This document shows, in pieces, positions 1 to 9,477 of a stretch of 34,738 bases of DNA. How positions within the stretch are numbered: position 1 is the first letter of the stretch; every line of letters starts with the position of its first letter. The notes under the pieces were generated by a model. The model was not told where the DNA came from. It ran no database searches and worked only from the letters and a program-made list of their open reading frames with translations. Position numbers and translations under genes: made by a program. This DNA is from a virus (taxonomy: Duplodnaviria > Heunggongvirae > Uroviricota > Caudoviricetes): the IMG/VR virus record IMGVR_UViG_2585427766_000001. One strand, 5' to 3'.

Positions 1-42
1 TTAAGGGTTGTGGTATTACGCCTGATATGATTTAACGTGCCG

Positions 43-1155
43 ATGAATTACTCTCACGATAACTGGTCAGCAATTCTGGCCCATATTGGTAAGCCCGAAG
101 AACTGGATACTTCGGCACGTAATGCCGGGGCTCTAACCCGCCGCCGCGAAATTCGTGATGCTGCAACTCTGCTACGTCTGGGGCTGGCTTACGGCCCCGG
201 GGGGATGTCATTACGTGAAGTCACTGCATGGGCTCAGCTCCATGACGTTGCAACATTATCTGACGTGGCTCTCCTGAAGCGGCTGCGGAATGCCGCCGAC
301 TGGTTTGGCATACTTGCCGCACAAACACTTGCTGTACGCGCCGCAGTTACGGGTTGTACAAGCGGAAAGAGATTGCGTCTTGTCGATGGAACAGCAATCA
401 GTGCGCCCGGGGGCGGCAGCGCTGAATGGCGACTACATATGGGATATGATCCTCATACCTGTCAGTTCACTGATTTTGAGCTAACCGACAGCAGAGACGC
501 TGAACGGCTGGACCGATTTGCGCAAACGGCAGACGAGATACGCATTGCTGACCGGGGATTCGGTTCGCGTCCCGAATGTATCCGCTCACTTGCTTTTGGA
601 GAAGCTGATTATATCGTCCGGGTTCACTGGCGAGGATTGCGCTGGTTAACTGCAGAAGGAATGCGCTTTGACATGATGGGTTTTCTGCGCGGGCTGGATT
701 GCGGTAAGAACGGTGAAACCACTGTAATGATAGGCAATTCAGGTAATAAAAAAGCCGGAGCTCCCTTTCCGGCACGTCTCATTGCCGTATCACTTCCTCC
801 CGAAAAAGCATTAATCAGTAAAACCCGACTGCTCAGCGAGAATCGTCGAAAAGGACGAGTAGTTCAGGCGGAAACGCTGGAAGCAGCGGGCCATGTGCTA
901 TTGCTAACATCATTACCGGAAGATGAATATTCAGCAGAGCAAGTGGCTGATTGTTACCGTCTGCGATGGCAAATTGAACTGGCTTTTAAGCGGCTCAAAA
1001 GTTTGCTGCACCTGGATGCTTTGCGTGCAAAGGAACCTGAACTCGCGAAAGCGTGGATATTTGCTAATCTACTCGCCGCATTTTTAATTGACGACATAAT
1101 CCAGCCATCGCTGGATTTCCCCCCCAGAAGTGCCGGATCCGAAAAGAAGAACTAA
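43..1155 (+). CDS. insL: IS186 transposase (DDE, IS4 family)
   Basis: 370-aa product from ATG at 43 (the track ORF begins at an upstream GTG at 37). The sequence MNYSHDNWSAILAHIGKPEEL...YRLRWQIELAFKRLK matches my recollection of E. coli InsL; YRxRWxIE is the IS4-family C-terminal signature. Confidence 0.85.
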   Translation: MNYSHDNWSAILAHIGKPEELDTSARNAGALTRRREIRDAATLLRLGLAYGPGGMSLREVTAWAQLHDVATLSDVALLKRLRNAADWFGILAAQTLAVRAAVTGCTSGKRLRLVDGTAISAPGGGSAEWRLHMGYDPHTCQFTDFELTDSRDAERLDRFAQTADEIRIADRGFGSRPECIRSLAFGEADYIVRVHWRGLRWLTAEGMRFDMMGFLRGLDCGKNGETTVMIGNSGNKKAGAPFPARLIAVSLPPEKALISKTRLLSENRRKGRVVQAETLEAAGHVLLLTSLPEDEYSAEQVADCYRLRWQIELAFKRLKSLLHLDALRAKEPELAKAWIFANLLAAFLIDDIIQPSLDFPPRSAGSEKKN

Positions 1156-1303
1156 CTCGTTGTGGAGAATAACAAAAATGGTCATCTGGAGCTTACAGGT
1201 GGCCATTCGTGGGACAGTATCCCTGACAGCCTACAAAACGCAATTGAAGAACGCGAGGCATCGTCTTAACGAGGTACCGAGGCGTCGCATTCTTCAGATG
1301 GTT

Positions 1304-1326
1304 CAACCCTTAAGTTAGCGCTTATG
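1304..1326. repeat. IS186 right terminal inverted repeat
   Basis: CAACCCTTAAGTTAGCGCTTATG is the reverse complement of the repeat whose inner part opens the window. Indexing was checked against the stop codons of track ORFs 1130..1318 and 1315..1896. Confidence 0.8.
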
Positions 1327-1957
1327 GGTGTACCACCCCGCCAGGTGAGCAAAATCCCGCAGGGAGCTGTGTAGCGTGTTGCCGGACGGTCGACGATCTC
1401 CAGACATCTTCCTAAATGCTATTGAGGCGCTTTCGCCACCGCTGTGGTCGCTCGCCGCTGGCGTCGGCCACCCAATACGCTCTATCTCGGATATGCGGGG
1501 CACCGACGCCCGCAGCCGGAAACGGGACAAGCCCAAAGGCGTAGTCCACTGCTTCCACGTCAGTTTGTACAAGATCGAACCAGGCATTGACTCCCGCAAC
1601 CTGTTCGCCAAATACCAGCTTAGGGCGTCGCTCGCTGATGAGGTGGAATAGTGCTGGCCATAGGTGCCGCTCGTCATCAAACCCAGCGCCTTTACCAGCC
1701 GAGCTGAAAGGCTGGCACGGGCAACTTCCTGTCCAGACTGGTTTGTTATCCGGCCATCCGGCCAGACGCAGAGCATAAGACCAGACGCCGATCCCGGCGA
1801 AGAAATGGCACTGTGTGAATCCGCGCAAGTCGTCTGGTGCGACATCTTCGATACTCCTTTCATCAACTTCACCCGGGGCGATATGACCCGCAGCAATAAG
1901 GTTACGCAGCCATTGTGCTGCGTTAGGGTCTATTTCGTTGTAATAGGCTCCCCGCAC
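1327..1957 (-). pseudogene. Phage cytosine-5 DNA methyltransferase, C-terminally truncated by IS186
   Basis: Track ORF 1412..1957 carries C5-MTase motifs in canonical order: FFAGIGV (motif I-like), GSCPCQPFSSAGK (PCQ, motif IV), FGEQV (ENV-like, motif VI), HIRDRAYWV (motif VIII). The frame stops at 1412 and IS186 begins 85 nt further on, so the target-recognition domain and motifs IX-X are absent. Confidence 0.7.
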
Positions 1958-2223
1958 AATATCCCCTCCAGATTTTTGCTATCCAGCACCACTACGGTAA
2001 AGCCCAGCGCGCGCAGTCGTCCGTGTTCACGCAGTTGGCCGGCGCGTGGTGGCTTGCCGGGTGCTTTACATTCAACGAAAACGATACGACCACCGGGTAG
2101 CAGAACAATGCGATCTGGTACCGAGCGGCGACCGGGAGATATAAACTTAAAGGCCACTCCGCCAGCTTTTTTTACTTCAGCGACGAGGTGCTTTTCGATA
2201 AGGCTTTCACGTTCATAGGCCAT
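1930..2223 (-). CDS. VRR-NUC domain nuclease (PD-(D/E)XK superfamily)
   Basis: MAYERESLIEKHLVAEVKK...DRIVLLPGGRIVFVECKAPGKPPRAGQLREHGRLRALGFTVVVLDS; the E-x-K core and ~100-aa size fit VRR-NUC. Start taken at the internal Met that overlaps the upstream gene stop. Confidence 0.7.
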   Translation of the reverse strand: MAYERESLIEKHLVAEVKKAGGVAFKFISPGRRSVPDRIVLLPGGRIVFVECKAPGKPPRAGQLREHGRLRALGFTVVVLDSKNLEGILCGEPITTK

Positions 2224-2512
2224 CTGAATCCCACTCTTCAAAAAGCACATTCAATACCAGTTTCTCTGCCAACGCGTTTTCTGCACGTGCGCCGGCAGAG
2301 TACTCCCACTCTTTGAGCATATAAATCGTATCGGCACAGCGAAGCATTGCGAGGCAGATGTCCATGTACTGAGCCTGTGTCAAACCATCGGGTAAAGTTG
2401 CGGGGTTAAGCACAACATATCCCTTGTCCGTTAGCCTCTTTGCTGCGGAATGAAAGGCCGGGCGGTTAAATTGCTCGTAACCGCTCATCGGCCCGGCAAC
2501 GTAAACGATCAT
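2213..2512 (-). CDS. DUF4406 family protein (nucleoside 2-deoxyribosyltransferase-like fold)
   Basis: 99 aa starting MIVYVAGPMSGYEQFNRPAF, the typical DUF4406 N-terminus as I recall it. Its start overlaps the upstream stop by 4 nt. Confidence 0.6.
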   Translation of the reverse strand: MIVYVAGPMSGYEQFNRPAFHSAAKRLTDKGYVVLNPATLPDGLTQAQYMDICLAMLRCADTIYMLKEWEYSAGARAENALAEKLVLNVLFEEWDSDGL

Positions 2513-2724
2513 TCTTCGACCGCCTTACGCTTTTCACGCATATTCTGCATCAGGCAAAAATCAGATCTGCGTTCACTCCATTCCTGATTCAGTTCGTGAT
2601 GTGATTCGCGGTTGGCTTTTGCCCAGACCTTCGCTGCCCGGTCATATTCGCCGGATTGTTCAAGTCGCAAAGCCTCCCTTGCAGCCCTGTAATAAAGTGG
2701 ATTGTCCCGGTATTTAAATGACAT
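2509..2724 (-). CDS. Small hypothetical early protein (possibly ANR-like regulator)
   Basis: 71-aa ORF coupled between the DNA polymerase and DUF4406 genes; basic, helical. Family assignment from memory only. Confidence 0.45.
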   Translation of the reverse strand: MSFKYRDNPLYYRAAREALRLEQSGEYDRAAKVWAKANRESHHELNQEWSERRSDFCLMQNMREKRKAVEE

Positions 2725-2729
2725 AGGAG

Positions 2730-4793
2730 TTAATCCTTACGGTAGTGGTACGCCTCAAAACCGCCAGCGTTCAGTGGGATATCTGGCGCCCATTCGGGGT
2801 TAGTGGAGAGAAGCGCGGAAAGCGCTTTATCGTTGAAATCTTCTGTGTCAGGTGATTCGGTGATCACCTCGTCGTGTACCGTCAGCACAATGCTGTAACC
2901 GGCATCTTCGATAAGCGGCATGTTTCCGGCCAGAACGTCGCGGGCGGCCGCCTGGGTGACGTTCTCCACCAGCTTTCCGCCGTAGGTTTTGAGTCGTTGC
3001 CATTTACGCGAATAAGAGTTAACACCCATGTAGGTGATATTCCCTTGTTCGATAACCGGAGACGGGTAGCATACAGCGCGTCCGGATGGTAGCTGTATGC
3101 GCAGCCACGCGCCATCGCGGCGGATTTTAAGATAACCGCAATACAATGTTTTTTGCGGTGTGGCGATTGCTGTGCGGACGGTGCACTCCAGTTCGTACCA
3201 GAAATCACAGGTCGCGGGATGCGCCCGGCGCCAGAGACGTTTAAGTGAGTCGCAGGCGATAAATACCCGTTCAGAAAGCCCGTAGGTCGATTTACGTTTA
3301 ACCGATTCGTCGTACCAGCTTTTCGCCTCGCGGATAACATCGCGGGGAATGTTTGGCAGTGCGGCGTTCGCCAGCCCGTCGAGATCGAGACCGTAAACCA
3401 GAGCAAAAGTGATGAAAGCCGATACACCTCCTCCATAACCCAGACCGAGTTCCATGACTTTACCGATCTGACGCATGTGTTTATCAACATCATCTGGTGC
3501 AATATCGAAAGCTTTTGCATACGCCAGTTTATATAAGTCCGGACCCGTTCCGGCGTCGTACTCTCTGAATGCATTCAGTTTCCATTCTTCTCCCGCCAGC
3601 CATGCCAGCATACGGCCTTCAATGTTCGACAAGTCACTTACCACCAGCTTTTTGCCTGTTGGCGCGATAATGCAGCCACGTAACGCTGAACTGGTTAGTT
3701 CCATGATATTGTCAAACAGCAGGTCTGCACATCCGGCTTTCAGTGCTTCGATGCCTTCGTCTATTTGTTCCTGTTTTAGTGAAGGGCGGGGAAGGTTCTG
3801 GGGCTGGAATAGCCGTCCGGCCCAACGACCGGTACGTGACGCCCCGCAGAACTGTAGCGTACCGCGTAAGCGCCCGTCGTGGCTTACGCCTTTCATCAGT
3901 GCCTTGTATTTACTGGTGCTGGTAGTACTGGCCTGCAGGCGGATAGCCAGCAGTTCTTTCACGGCAGATGGTAAATCGGGGTCGGCAATACGACGTTCCA
4001 GAGTACTGCGTTGCATGTCTGGTAGCTCCACACCGTAGGATTCAACAATGTGCTTAATCAACGCGTCTCGTTGTGTGGCTGCCTGCACTTCGCCATCAGT
4101 CATTTCCTGTGTACGCTTTGCCAGGCGCTTTTGTTCCTGGTCTACCGCGTCGATCGCAGCGCGTGCGAGTTCCACGTCCATGCAGACGCCCCGGTCATTG
4201 ATCTGCTGATCACGATGCCAGAGCGCCAGTTCTGTCCCCTGATAATTCCACTTCGGCAGACGTTTATAGACTTCGCGCATTGCCTCGATATCCAGTCCGG
4301 CGTAAGCAACAAAGCGCCGCCATTCTTCCGGGTGGGTTTTGCTGGTGGCCCGGCGCAGTTTGCTGTTTTTCGGGCGTGGCTTACAGAACAGCTGGATCAG
4401 AGCTTTACCTTCTTTGTCCTTCGCTTTGTCTTGCGGGACGCCTAGTACTTCGCAGAGTTCCCCCAGAGCCCCCGGGAGACCGTGCGCCAGCGCCTGCACC
4501 ATCGTGTCGCGCCAACGTTCGACTGGCGGTGCCAGTCGCGGCATTGCATAACGCAGGACGGTGCGGTCGAAGTGAGAGTTATGAAAATAAAGCAGGGTTT
4601 CAGGGGCTGCGATTGCTTCGTATAAGCCGTGTGGAATACCACCACCGGCAGTGATATCCCATACGTTTACTGGCCCGTCGTTGATAGCCCATGCGAACAG
4701 CATCACTTCAACGCCTTCGGCATACGCATGGGTACCGTTCGTAATAGGGATTTCGCAATAGGTTTCCAGGTCGCCCCATAGTATATTGGACAT
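2730..4793 (-). CDS. Family A DNA polymerase with N-terminal 3'-5' exonuclease domain
   Basis: 687 aa. N-terminal WGDLETY (Exo I, D-x-E); polymerase motif B-like [16 protein letters not shown]; motif C LTVHDEV. Confidence 0.85.
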   Translation of the reverse strand: MSNILWGDLETYCEIPITNGTHAYAEGVEVMLFAWAINDGPVNVWDITAGGGIPHGLYEAIAAPETLLYFHNSHFDRTVLRYAMPRLAPPVERWRDTMVQALAHGLPGALGELCEVLGVPQDKAKDKEGKALIQLFCKPRPKNSKLRRATSKTHPEEWRRFVAYAGLDIEAMREVYKRLPKWNYQGTELALWHRDQQINDRGVCMDVELARAAIDAVDQEQKRLAKRTQEMTDGEVQAATQRDALIKHIVESYGVELPDMQRSTLERRIADPDLPSAVKELLAIRLQASTTSTSKYKALMKGVSHDGRLRGTLQFCGASRTGRWAGRLFQPQNLPRPSLKQEQIDEGIEALKAGCADLLFDNIMELTSSALRGCIIAPTGKKLVVSDLSNIEGRMLAWLAGEEWKLNAFREYDAGTGPDLYKLAYAKAFDIAPDDVDKHMRQIGKVMELGLGYGGGVSAFITFALVYGLDLDGLANAALPNIPRDVIREAKSWYDESVKRKSTYGLSERVFIACDSLKRLWRRAHPATCDFWYELECTVRTAIATPQKTLYCGYLKIRRDGAWLRIQLPSGRAVCYPSPVIEQGNITYMGVNSYSRKWQRLKTYGGKLVENVTQAAARDVLAGNMPLIEDAGYSIVLTVHDEVITESPDTEDFNDKALSALLSTNPEWAPDIPLNAGGFEAYHYRKD

Positions 4794-4839
4794 GTGTTTA
4801 CCTTGGTTTTTATTCTATTAACTGATTAAAAGATTAATT

Positions 4840-5469
4840 ATGCATATGATCCAATACTTGATTGACCATACAGAGCATCTGGAGAAAATAGCTGGATATA
4901 TTTTTTCATGTTTGATTGTTATGGGAGTCTGGATAAGAAAGATCATTTTTAATTATAAGTATAAAGAGCCTAAATATGTCAAGAAGTTAATTTTATATTT
5001 AGTTAAGTATGAACGTTATCTGGATAAGGAGGATAAGAGTGCCATAGAAAAAAGAATAAATGATAAAATTATTCGTGATGCGCTGAAATTGCAATCTTCT
5101 TATAACCGAAGTGATGTTATTTACATTTGCAATAGATTAGAAAAAAGACAGTATATAAATCAGGTGATTAAGCTTCAGAATTATATAGAGAAAGATAACG
5201 GAGTGTTTTTCATCAATGTTAATTTTTCAGGTTTTTTATTTATTATTAGTCGTCTGTTTTCCTTTCTGTGTTTTGTGCTGTTTATCCTTTTTTCTATTAT
5301 CTGCATTATTTCCATAGGGCAAAATGAAGGCCTTTTAAATTATCTTGTGTATATGGTTATGACAATAGTTTTAGAGACTGTTGGTTTTTGGATGTATGAT
5401 ACTTTCCCGTCTAAGAAGAAGATCTGTGAACTAAATAAAGAATTGAGGAAGATTAAGATTCCTGAGTGA
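4840..5469 (+). CDS. AT-rich hypothetical polytopic membrane protein (cargo gene)
   Basis: 209-aa ORF on the strand opposite to the surrounding operon. Hand count of three 60-nt lines gives about 27-32% G+C, against about 53% in a neighbouring polymerase line. One N-terminal hydrophobic helix (IAGYIFSCLIVMGVWI), a K/E/Y-rich segment, then C-terminal hydrophobic helices (FLFIISRLFSFLCFVLFILFSIICIISI, LVYMVMTIVLETVGFWMY). Confidence 0.6.
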   Translation: MHMIQYLIDHTEHLEKIAGYIFSCLIVMGVWIRKIIFNYKYKEPKYVKKLILYLVKYERYLDKEDKSAIEKRINDKIIRDALKLQSSYNRSDVIYICNRLEKRQYINQVIKLQNYIEKDNGVFFINVNFSGFLFIISRLFSFLCFVLFILFSIICIISIGQNEGLLNYLVYMVMTIVLETVGFWMYDTFPSKKKICELNKELRKIKIPE

Positions 5470-5487
5470 TTATACGCCTAATCAGCA

Positions 5488-5506
5488 GCCCGGTATTTAA
5501 CCGGGC
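5488..5506. other. Inverted repeat / hairpin between convergent genes
   Basis: GCCCGGT-ATTTAA-ACCGGGC palindrome between the 4840..5469 (+) and 5522..6070 (-) stops. No U-tract on either side, so not a canonical intrinsic terminator. Confidence 0.4.
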
Positions 5507-5521
5507 GTCTATGAAGTAGGG

Positions 5522-6070
5522 TTAAATCAGTGCTTCAGCATCAGCACCTTCGCTGATATCGTCGAAATCGTCAGCGCTTGCCACTCCGCCGCCAGCGAAT
5601 GCATCGCCGTCTCGCAGGAACTGGACTCCGCCGAGTGAGGCATTAATGCGTTTACCGAAATTATTGTCCTGTGCCCAGATATCGATAACGGCGTTTACAT
5701 AGCACCCTGCATAGGGACGTCCATCAGCCTGAATAAGTGGCGAACGATCGCGATCAAGAACAGCTGGGCGCGCTTTGTTAGCAGCATTCAGGAAGAAATT
5801 GCCGGGGAAGCCTTCATACTCTGCTTTTTCATCACCATCATGCAGGCACAGATTGAGTTTTTTCTCCAGTTGGTTATAAATGGGCTCCCACTTCTCTCCC
5901 CATTTTTCCTTCGCTACCTGCTTCATAGCTTTACGGATTTCTTCCAGTTGTGGGTGTTTGGGTGACATTAAAAATACTGCGGAGAAACGTGGATCGCCTT
6001 CGCCGTTTACAGTTTTAGCTTCAAACAGAGACGGGAAGGCCAGACGAACATTGTTCAGCTTCAGTTTCAT
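5522..6070 (-). CDS. DUF2815 family ssDNA-binding-like protein
   Basis: N-terminus MKLKLNNVRLAFPSLFEAK is typical of DUF2815; acidic SSB-like C-terminal tail DDFDDISEGADAEALI. Sits beside a DUF2800 gene, its usual partner. Confidence 0.7.
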   Translation of the reverse strand: MKLKLNNVRLAFPSLFEAKTVNGEGDPRFSAVFLMSPKHPQLEEIRKAMKQVAKEKWGEKWEPIYNQLEKKLNLCLHDGDEKAEYEGFPGNFFLNAANKARPAVLDRDRSPLIQADGRPYAGCYVNAVIDIWAQDNNFGKRINASLGGVQFLRDGDAFAGGGVASADDFDDISEGADAEALI

Positions 6071-6085
6071 GGGTATTTCCTTAAA

Positions 6086-7387
6086 TCAGATGAGGTCTGC
6101 GGTTAGCGTATCGTCGGATACGTCGTCGAAATCATTTACAGGGTTGATATTGAGTGCGGGGCGTGGGTCTGACTCGGGAACGATGGTGGGTTTACCATCA
6201 GCTCGTGTTATCAGTGCCTCGACTTTTGACCAACGGCGCGGACTGGCCTTTTTGATAAGTTTTTCGGCTTTTGTGGGGCTAATAAGTTTAAAGTCGAATA
6301 CTTCTTCAGTTTTGTACCTGAACTGGTCCTTCAGAAGTGCGCGAGCTGCCTCTTCATCACTCCAGGCCCGGTTACCTTGTTTTCCTGTTACCAGTTTAAA
6401 CCCCGGTACCGGATGTCCGGCATTGAGTTCATTGTGAACCCGGTCTCGTACTGCCTTTAGCCAGGATTCAATAAAGTCGGCCTGGCTATAGATCTCCGCA
6501 AGCTGCTCAATGGTTAACAGAGGTACACGTGCGCTGGCATTGGAGATTATTTCGCTGACAGGCTTTGTCAGATCTTCAAAATCGCTGGCCGCTGTTTGTA
6601 AATGCTGCATTTTCTGGGCAGTGCAAATAGCTTTTGCTTTACAGAAGCGGCACTGTTTTTCTCCAGGTATGAAGTTTTCCAGCGGTAGTGTCTCAATGCC
6701 TTCGCATTCAGCAATATTGAGAACAAGGATCGCACTGGTTGCGGCCTCCAGTGCCCGTTCACCGAAAGACTGAAGTTCCTGTACGGTTAACGACCATTCT
6801 GAAACGTGGTTGAGCCTTGGCTGGTGAATAAATAATCTTACAGTCTCAAAGTCATACAGCATGCTGAATTGTTCGAGCGCACCCAGAGCATACAGTTGTA
6901 GTTGCTCATTTTGTTCTGCATCAATGCGGACGCCTTTGCCATATTTCAGGTCGTGGATTTGTAATTCGCTACCAGCAATGATTATGCCGTCGGCAGTTCC
7001 GAAAGATTCTTCCACACCCGTTATATGTGAGAAATCAACACGTTGTTCAACCAATAGTTCATTATTCTGTGCAAGAGTCCAGACCGTATCAACATACCGG
7101 CCAACGGCTTCGACCATTTCATCATCCACCTGTGGGCCAGATGTATCATTAGGATTTTCGCGAAGGGGGTATGAGCCGAGAAACATAGAAACATTGCATC
7201 CGGCGTAGTGTTCCGGGTAGCTTTGCCTGTTTCGTAGAACTTTTTCAGCAAGCGCGTGCGCTGCAGTGCCCTCGATTGCAAAAGTTGTTTCTTTATCCGG
7301 TTGTGTGGCCTCCAGCGCCAGACTTCCTGGGCAGCGCATCCATCGATGCGCTGATGATGGAGAAAGTTGTGCATGAACGTCTGGCAT
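6086..7387 (-). CDS. DUF2800 family PD-(D/E)XK nuclease (Cas4/RecB-like)
   Basis: N-terminal [15 protein letters not shown] signature; C-terminal Cys cluster [10 protein letters not shown]. Confidence 0.75.
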   Translation of the reverse strand: MPDVHAQLSPSSAHRWMRCPGSLALEATQPDKETTFAIEGTAAHALAEKVLRNRQSYPEHYAGCNVSMFLGSYPLRENPNDTSGPQVDDEMVEAVGRYVDTVWTLAQNNELLVEQRVDFSHITGVEESFGTADGIIIAGSELQIHDLKYGKGVRIDAEQNEQLQLYALGALEQFSMLYDFETVRLFIHQPRLNHVSEWSLTVQELQSFGERALEAATSAILVLNIAECEGIETLPLENFIPGEKQCRFCKAKAICTAQKMQHLQTAASDFEDLTKPVSEIISNASARVPLLTIEQLAEIYSQADFIESWLKAVRDRVHNELNAGHPVPGFKLVTGKQGNRAWSDEEAARALLKDQFRYKTEEVFDFKLISPTKAEKLIKKASPRRWSKVEALITRADGKPTIVPESDPRPALNINPVNDFDDVSDDTLTADLI

Positions 7388-7389
7388 GA

Positions 7390-8292
7390 TTAACCCTCCA
7401 GTGCTTTTTCAGCCAGGGTGATTACTTCAGCGAGATTTTCATCCGTTACTTCACCAAGTTTCCTGGCTCCCTGTTTTTCCAGAATTGCAATAGCTTCTGC
7501 CCGGTAACCCCCTTTTGCTAACTGGAGGATCAACCCTTCAGCTTGTTTGCGTAGTGCCGCGAAATCAATTGTATGGTCATCTTTGGCGTCATGATTCTGG
7601 CTGGAATTTGCTGCGTCTCTGCGTGCAAATTCTTCTTGCAGCTGAAGGTACTCAACACGGTTGATCTCGATATGGCCTTTTTTCAGCATCTCGTTCAACT
7701 TGCGTAAGGTGTGGAGTTCACTGGCTGCTGTGCCGGATACATTTTTGGCGTAAAACGGCCCCGTGCGTTCTCCATCTTTGTTACTGGCCTTTTTCGGCTT
7801 AACTTCATCACGCCCATCCGCAGGTGCATCAAGTAGCTGCTCGGCAAAAACACGTCGCTCGCCGATGGTTGGCAGGTCGTCCCAGAACTTAAGGATGTTA
7901 CGGGACAGGTCCAGGAGAGCAGGTTTAAGCAGCGCCCTGGCTCGTTTGACGCCCTGCAATGCGCTGTCGAGAGCATCAATCTGAACTACTCGTTTATCGC
8001 CTTCAGCATCACGGTAGGCAACAGCACGTTGCAGCATGTCTTCTGTGATAGGGGTGGCTACCGGGTAGAAACCAGCCAGTGCGATAACGTCGCTGAACTC
8101 CAGATCATCCAGTGTCATTGCCGCTGACATATTTTCAGTTTCAGTTGCTGTATCCCGACATTCCTGCACTCGTGAAATCGTGTCAGGATGCATAACAATG
8201 CCTGATGCCATTGTGCGGATAAGACGTTCAAGCAGCGCATTATGTTGTGCCAGAAGTTGATTATTAAGTTCGAGACTGGTTTCTAAACTCAT
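7390..8292 (-). CDS. Hypothetical early-left protein
   Basis: 300-aa ORF coupled to its neighbours; acidic and helical; no motif I can name. Confidence 0.5.
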   Translation of the reverse strand: MSLETSLELNNQLLAQHNALLERLIRTMASGIVMHPDTISRVQECRDTATETENMSAAMTLDDLEFSDVIALAGFYPVATPITEDMLQRAVAYRDAEGDKRVVQIDALDSALQGVKRARALLKPALLDLSRNILKFWDDLPTIGERRVFAEQLLDAPADGRDEVKPKKASNKDGERTGPFYAKNVSGTAASELHTLRKLNEMLKKGHIEINRVEYLQLQEEFARRDAANSSQNHDAKDDHTIDFAALRKQAEGLILQLAKGGYRAEAIAILEKQGARKLGEVTDENLAEVITLAEKALEG

Positions 8293-8471
8293 ACTGTGGT
8301 CCTCGCTACAAGGAGAATGAAAGTGATGATCAGACCGAGCGCAGTGGCAACGGCCAGACCGGTCATCAAATCGAAGTTTTTACGGCGATAACGGAGAACA
8401 TCGCGCCCCGTCAGTCGATGGAGGTATTCAGGTTTCATCGGTTGTATTCCTTTTTTCATATCGGGGAGCAC
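8289..8471 (-). CDS. Small hypothetical membrane protein, first gene of the leftward operon
   Basis: 60 aa: basic N-terminal half, then one hydrophobic helix LMTGLAVATALGLIITFILLVA. Stop overlaps the downstream start. Confidence 0.5.
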   Translation of the reverse strand: MLPDMKKGIQPMKPEYLHRLTGRDVLRYRRKNFDLMTGLAVATALGLIITFILLVARTTV

Positions 8472-8496
8472 GCTGTTGCGAGTGCGCTTTCAGACA

Positions 8497-8523
8497 TAAA
8501 AAAGCCCGTCACTTGAGGCGGGC
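8497..8523 (-). terminator. Intrinsic-terminator-like hairpin about 25 nt upstream of the leftward operon start
   Basis: Read on the minus strand: GCCCGCC-TCAAGT-GACGGGC followed by TTTTTT. Confidence 0.5.
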
Positions 8524-8662
8524 AAAGGCTACACACAGCAATTACTTGGATGTCAGCGAATGCCTGCTTTTAACCACGTCAGACGAGATGGCTCTCTCTG
8601 TACCCCTACAGCGAGAATTCGGCTAATATCTCTTTACCCCTATAGTTTTAGAGAGAATTAAG

Positions 8663-9187
8663 ATGTCTGAAGAAAAAGGACTTGTACGGCGTATAACTGA
8701 GGCGGCCACTAGTGCTGGTGGTGCTTTGAAAGGTGCTGTTGATTTAGCAAAAGAAGTTAATGCGTTGCAGGTGGATTACAATGTTAAAAGTAAAACTATC
8801 GATCTACTTGATAAACTAATTGATGCGCGTACTGGACAATTCGCACTAACGGAGCTTTTGAACGAAGCTAAACAGCGCATTGTTGAACTCGAATCCCTTC
8901 TGGAAAAGAAACAGGATTGGGATAGTGAGAAAATGAACTATGAAATGTACCACCCGATTACCAATACGGTGGTCTATGTACTGAAGCCTACTGACGATCC
9001 TGAGTTCAAGCCTCATTATCTTTGTACTACATGCTATGAGTCGGGTATGAAGTCTATACTTCAATACCATACTTCTAATGCCGCTTATAAAATTCTCAAG
9101 TGTCATAAATGCTCCGCTGAATATAAATTTCCCCGAAATATAGAAGTCAGTGGCAAAACTCCTGCACCGTTACAACCTGCCAGATGA
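8663..9187 (+). CDS. Hypothetical coiled-coil protein with C-terminal CxxC...CxxC zinc-ribbon (immunity-region cargo)
   Basis: 174 aa, convergent with cI. N-terminal heptad-like helices (LQVDYNVKSKTIDLLDKLIDA, AKQRIVELESLLEKKQDW); C-terminal LCTTCYESG...LKCHKCSAEY. Hand count of three lines gives about 37-47% G+C. Confidence 0.55.
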   Translation: MSEEKGLVRRITEAATSAGGALKGAVDLAKEVNALQVDYNVKSKTIDLLDKLIDARTGQFALTELLNEAKQRIVELESLLEKKQDWDSEKMNYEMYHPITNTVVYVLKPTDDPEFKPHYLCTTCYESGMKSILQYHTSNAAYKILKCHKCSAEYKFPRNIEVSGKTPAPLQPAR

Positions 9188-9280
9188 TTAGCAGTTCTCT
9201 TTGGTGGTGGTGTAGTGGTAGATGCTGAACTTCGGATTGACTCAATGGACTGATCTTCACCCCACCCCAAAAGGAACTAA

Positions 9281-9305
9281 GCGCCCCATCGTCGGGGCGT
9301 TTCAA
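9281..9305 (+). terminator. Intrinsic terminator downstream of 8663..9187
   Basis: GCGCCCC-ATCGTC-GGGGCG followed by TTT; about 95 nt past the stop. Confidence 0.5.
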
Positions 9306-9339
9306 CTTGCGTGACTTATCAGTTTGTCGCGGTGTTGTC

Positions 9340-9430
9340 CTCTACGCTTACCGTACGCATACGGACTCGGCGCTTACCTCGATCCCATCGGGTGCTATTT
9401 CGTTTTGCCAGGAGTACTGCGGCTTACCTG
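9340..9430. repeat. Three direct repeats of (G/A)CGCTTACC plus a small palindrome
   Basis: ACGCTTACCG (~9345), GCGCTTACCT (~9371), GGCTTACCT (~9421); palindrome CCGTACGCATACGG at ~9350-9363. The unit resembles lambda boxA (CGCTCTTA) but on the plus strand. Confidence 0.4.
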
Positions 9431-9477
9431 TCACGCGGTTCAGTTTGTTAAAGAGCCAGTATTAAAAAACGCATTAA

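Larger units (their letters stand above)
1..1326 (+). mobile_element. IS186 insertion sequence (IS4 family), left end cut by the window edge
   Basis: Window starts with TTAAGGGTTG, the inner 10 nt of the 23-bp terminal repeat CATAAGCGCTAACTTAAGGGTTG as I recall it for IS186. The full inverted copy CAACCCTTAAGTTAGCGCTTATG lies at 1304-1326. A single transposase ORF sits between them. Confidence 0.85.

Noticed and set aside
290-775. Track ORFs 290..484 (+) and 467..775 (-) inside IS186
   Set aside because: They lie entirely within or antisense to the transposase gene; IS186 encodes a single transposase.
1315-1896. Alternative minus-strand frame containing a GWPTPAASD-like peptide
   Set aside because: It occupies the same nucleotides as the motif VIII region (HIRDRAYWV) of the methyltransferase frame, which carries motifs I, IV and VI in correct order; its stop falls inside the IS186 terminal repeat. 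Treated as an overlapping-frame artefact, though a frameshift cannot be excluded without alignment.
2874-4654. Multiple track ORFs on both strands within the DNA polymerase gene
   Set aside because: All are nested in or antisense to a 687-aa ORF with clear exonuclease and polymerase motifs.
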